A stretch of 64,000 bases of DNA from Shigella phage A2. The DNA lies in the sequence record OP197928. The stretch is one strand, 5' to 3'. How positions within the stretch are numbered: the stretch's first letter is position 1; every line of letters starts with the position of its first letter. The translations under genes were made by a program, and so were the position numbers. Positions 63,990-64,000 of the stretch are shown here, piece by piece. Under the pieces are notes generated by a model, which was not told where the DNA came from, made no database searches, and saw only the letters and a list, made by a program, of their open reading frames with translations.

Positions 63990-64000
63990 AATTTTCCTTA

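Overview
This 64 kb window is a contiguous segment of a T-even (T4-like) myovirus genome, running from the 3' end of the major capsid gene 23 to rIIB. Gene order follows the canonical T4 map: 23, 24, rnlB, hoc, inh, uvsW, uvsY, baseplate genes 25-26-51-27-28-29-48-54, two tandem Alt-family ADP-ribosyltransferases, DNA ligase 30, a 30.x small-ORF cluster, rIII, 31, cd, pseT, a spanin pair, alc, rnlA, denA, nrdB, nrdA, td, frd, 32, 59, 33, dsbA, rnh, long-tail-fibre genes 34-38, holin t, asiA, motA, 52, ndd, denB and rIIB. All identifications rest on reading the translated ORFs, visible catalytic motifs and gene order against remembered T4 biology; no database search was run. It is not T4 itself: td and nrdB are uninterrupted (no group I introns or homing-endonuclease ORFs), gene 38 encodes a glycine-rich T2-type adhesin behind a long gp37, and hoc carries a tandemly duplicated Ig-like domain. 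Regulatory signals include TATAAATA late promoters, a MotA-box middle promoter and a family of repeated early-promoter blocks (GTTTAC -35, TAnnnT -10), plus GC-hairpin terminators. No rRNA, tRNA, CRISPR array, integrase or transposon was found. I did not find a clearly foreign, undescribed multi-gene system; the best candidates for new biology are a NADAR-like ORF near the Alt paralogues, the Alt duplication itself, an ORF inserted between td and frd, and clusters of tiny membrane proteins.
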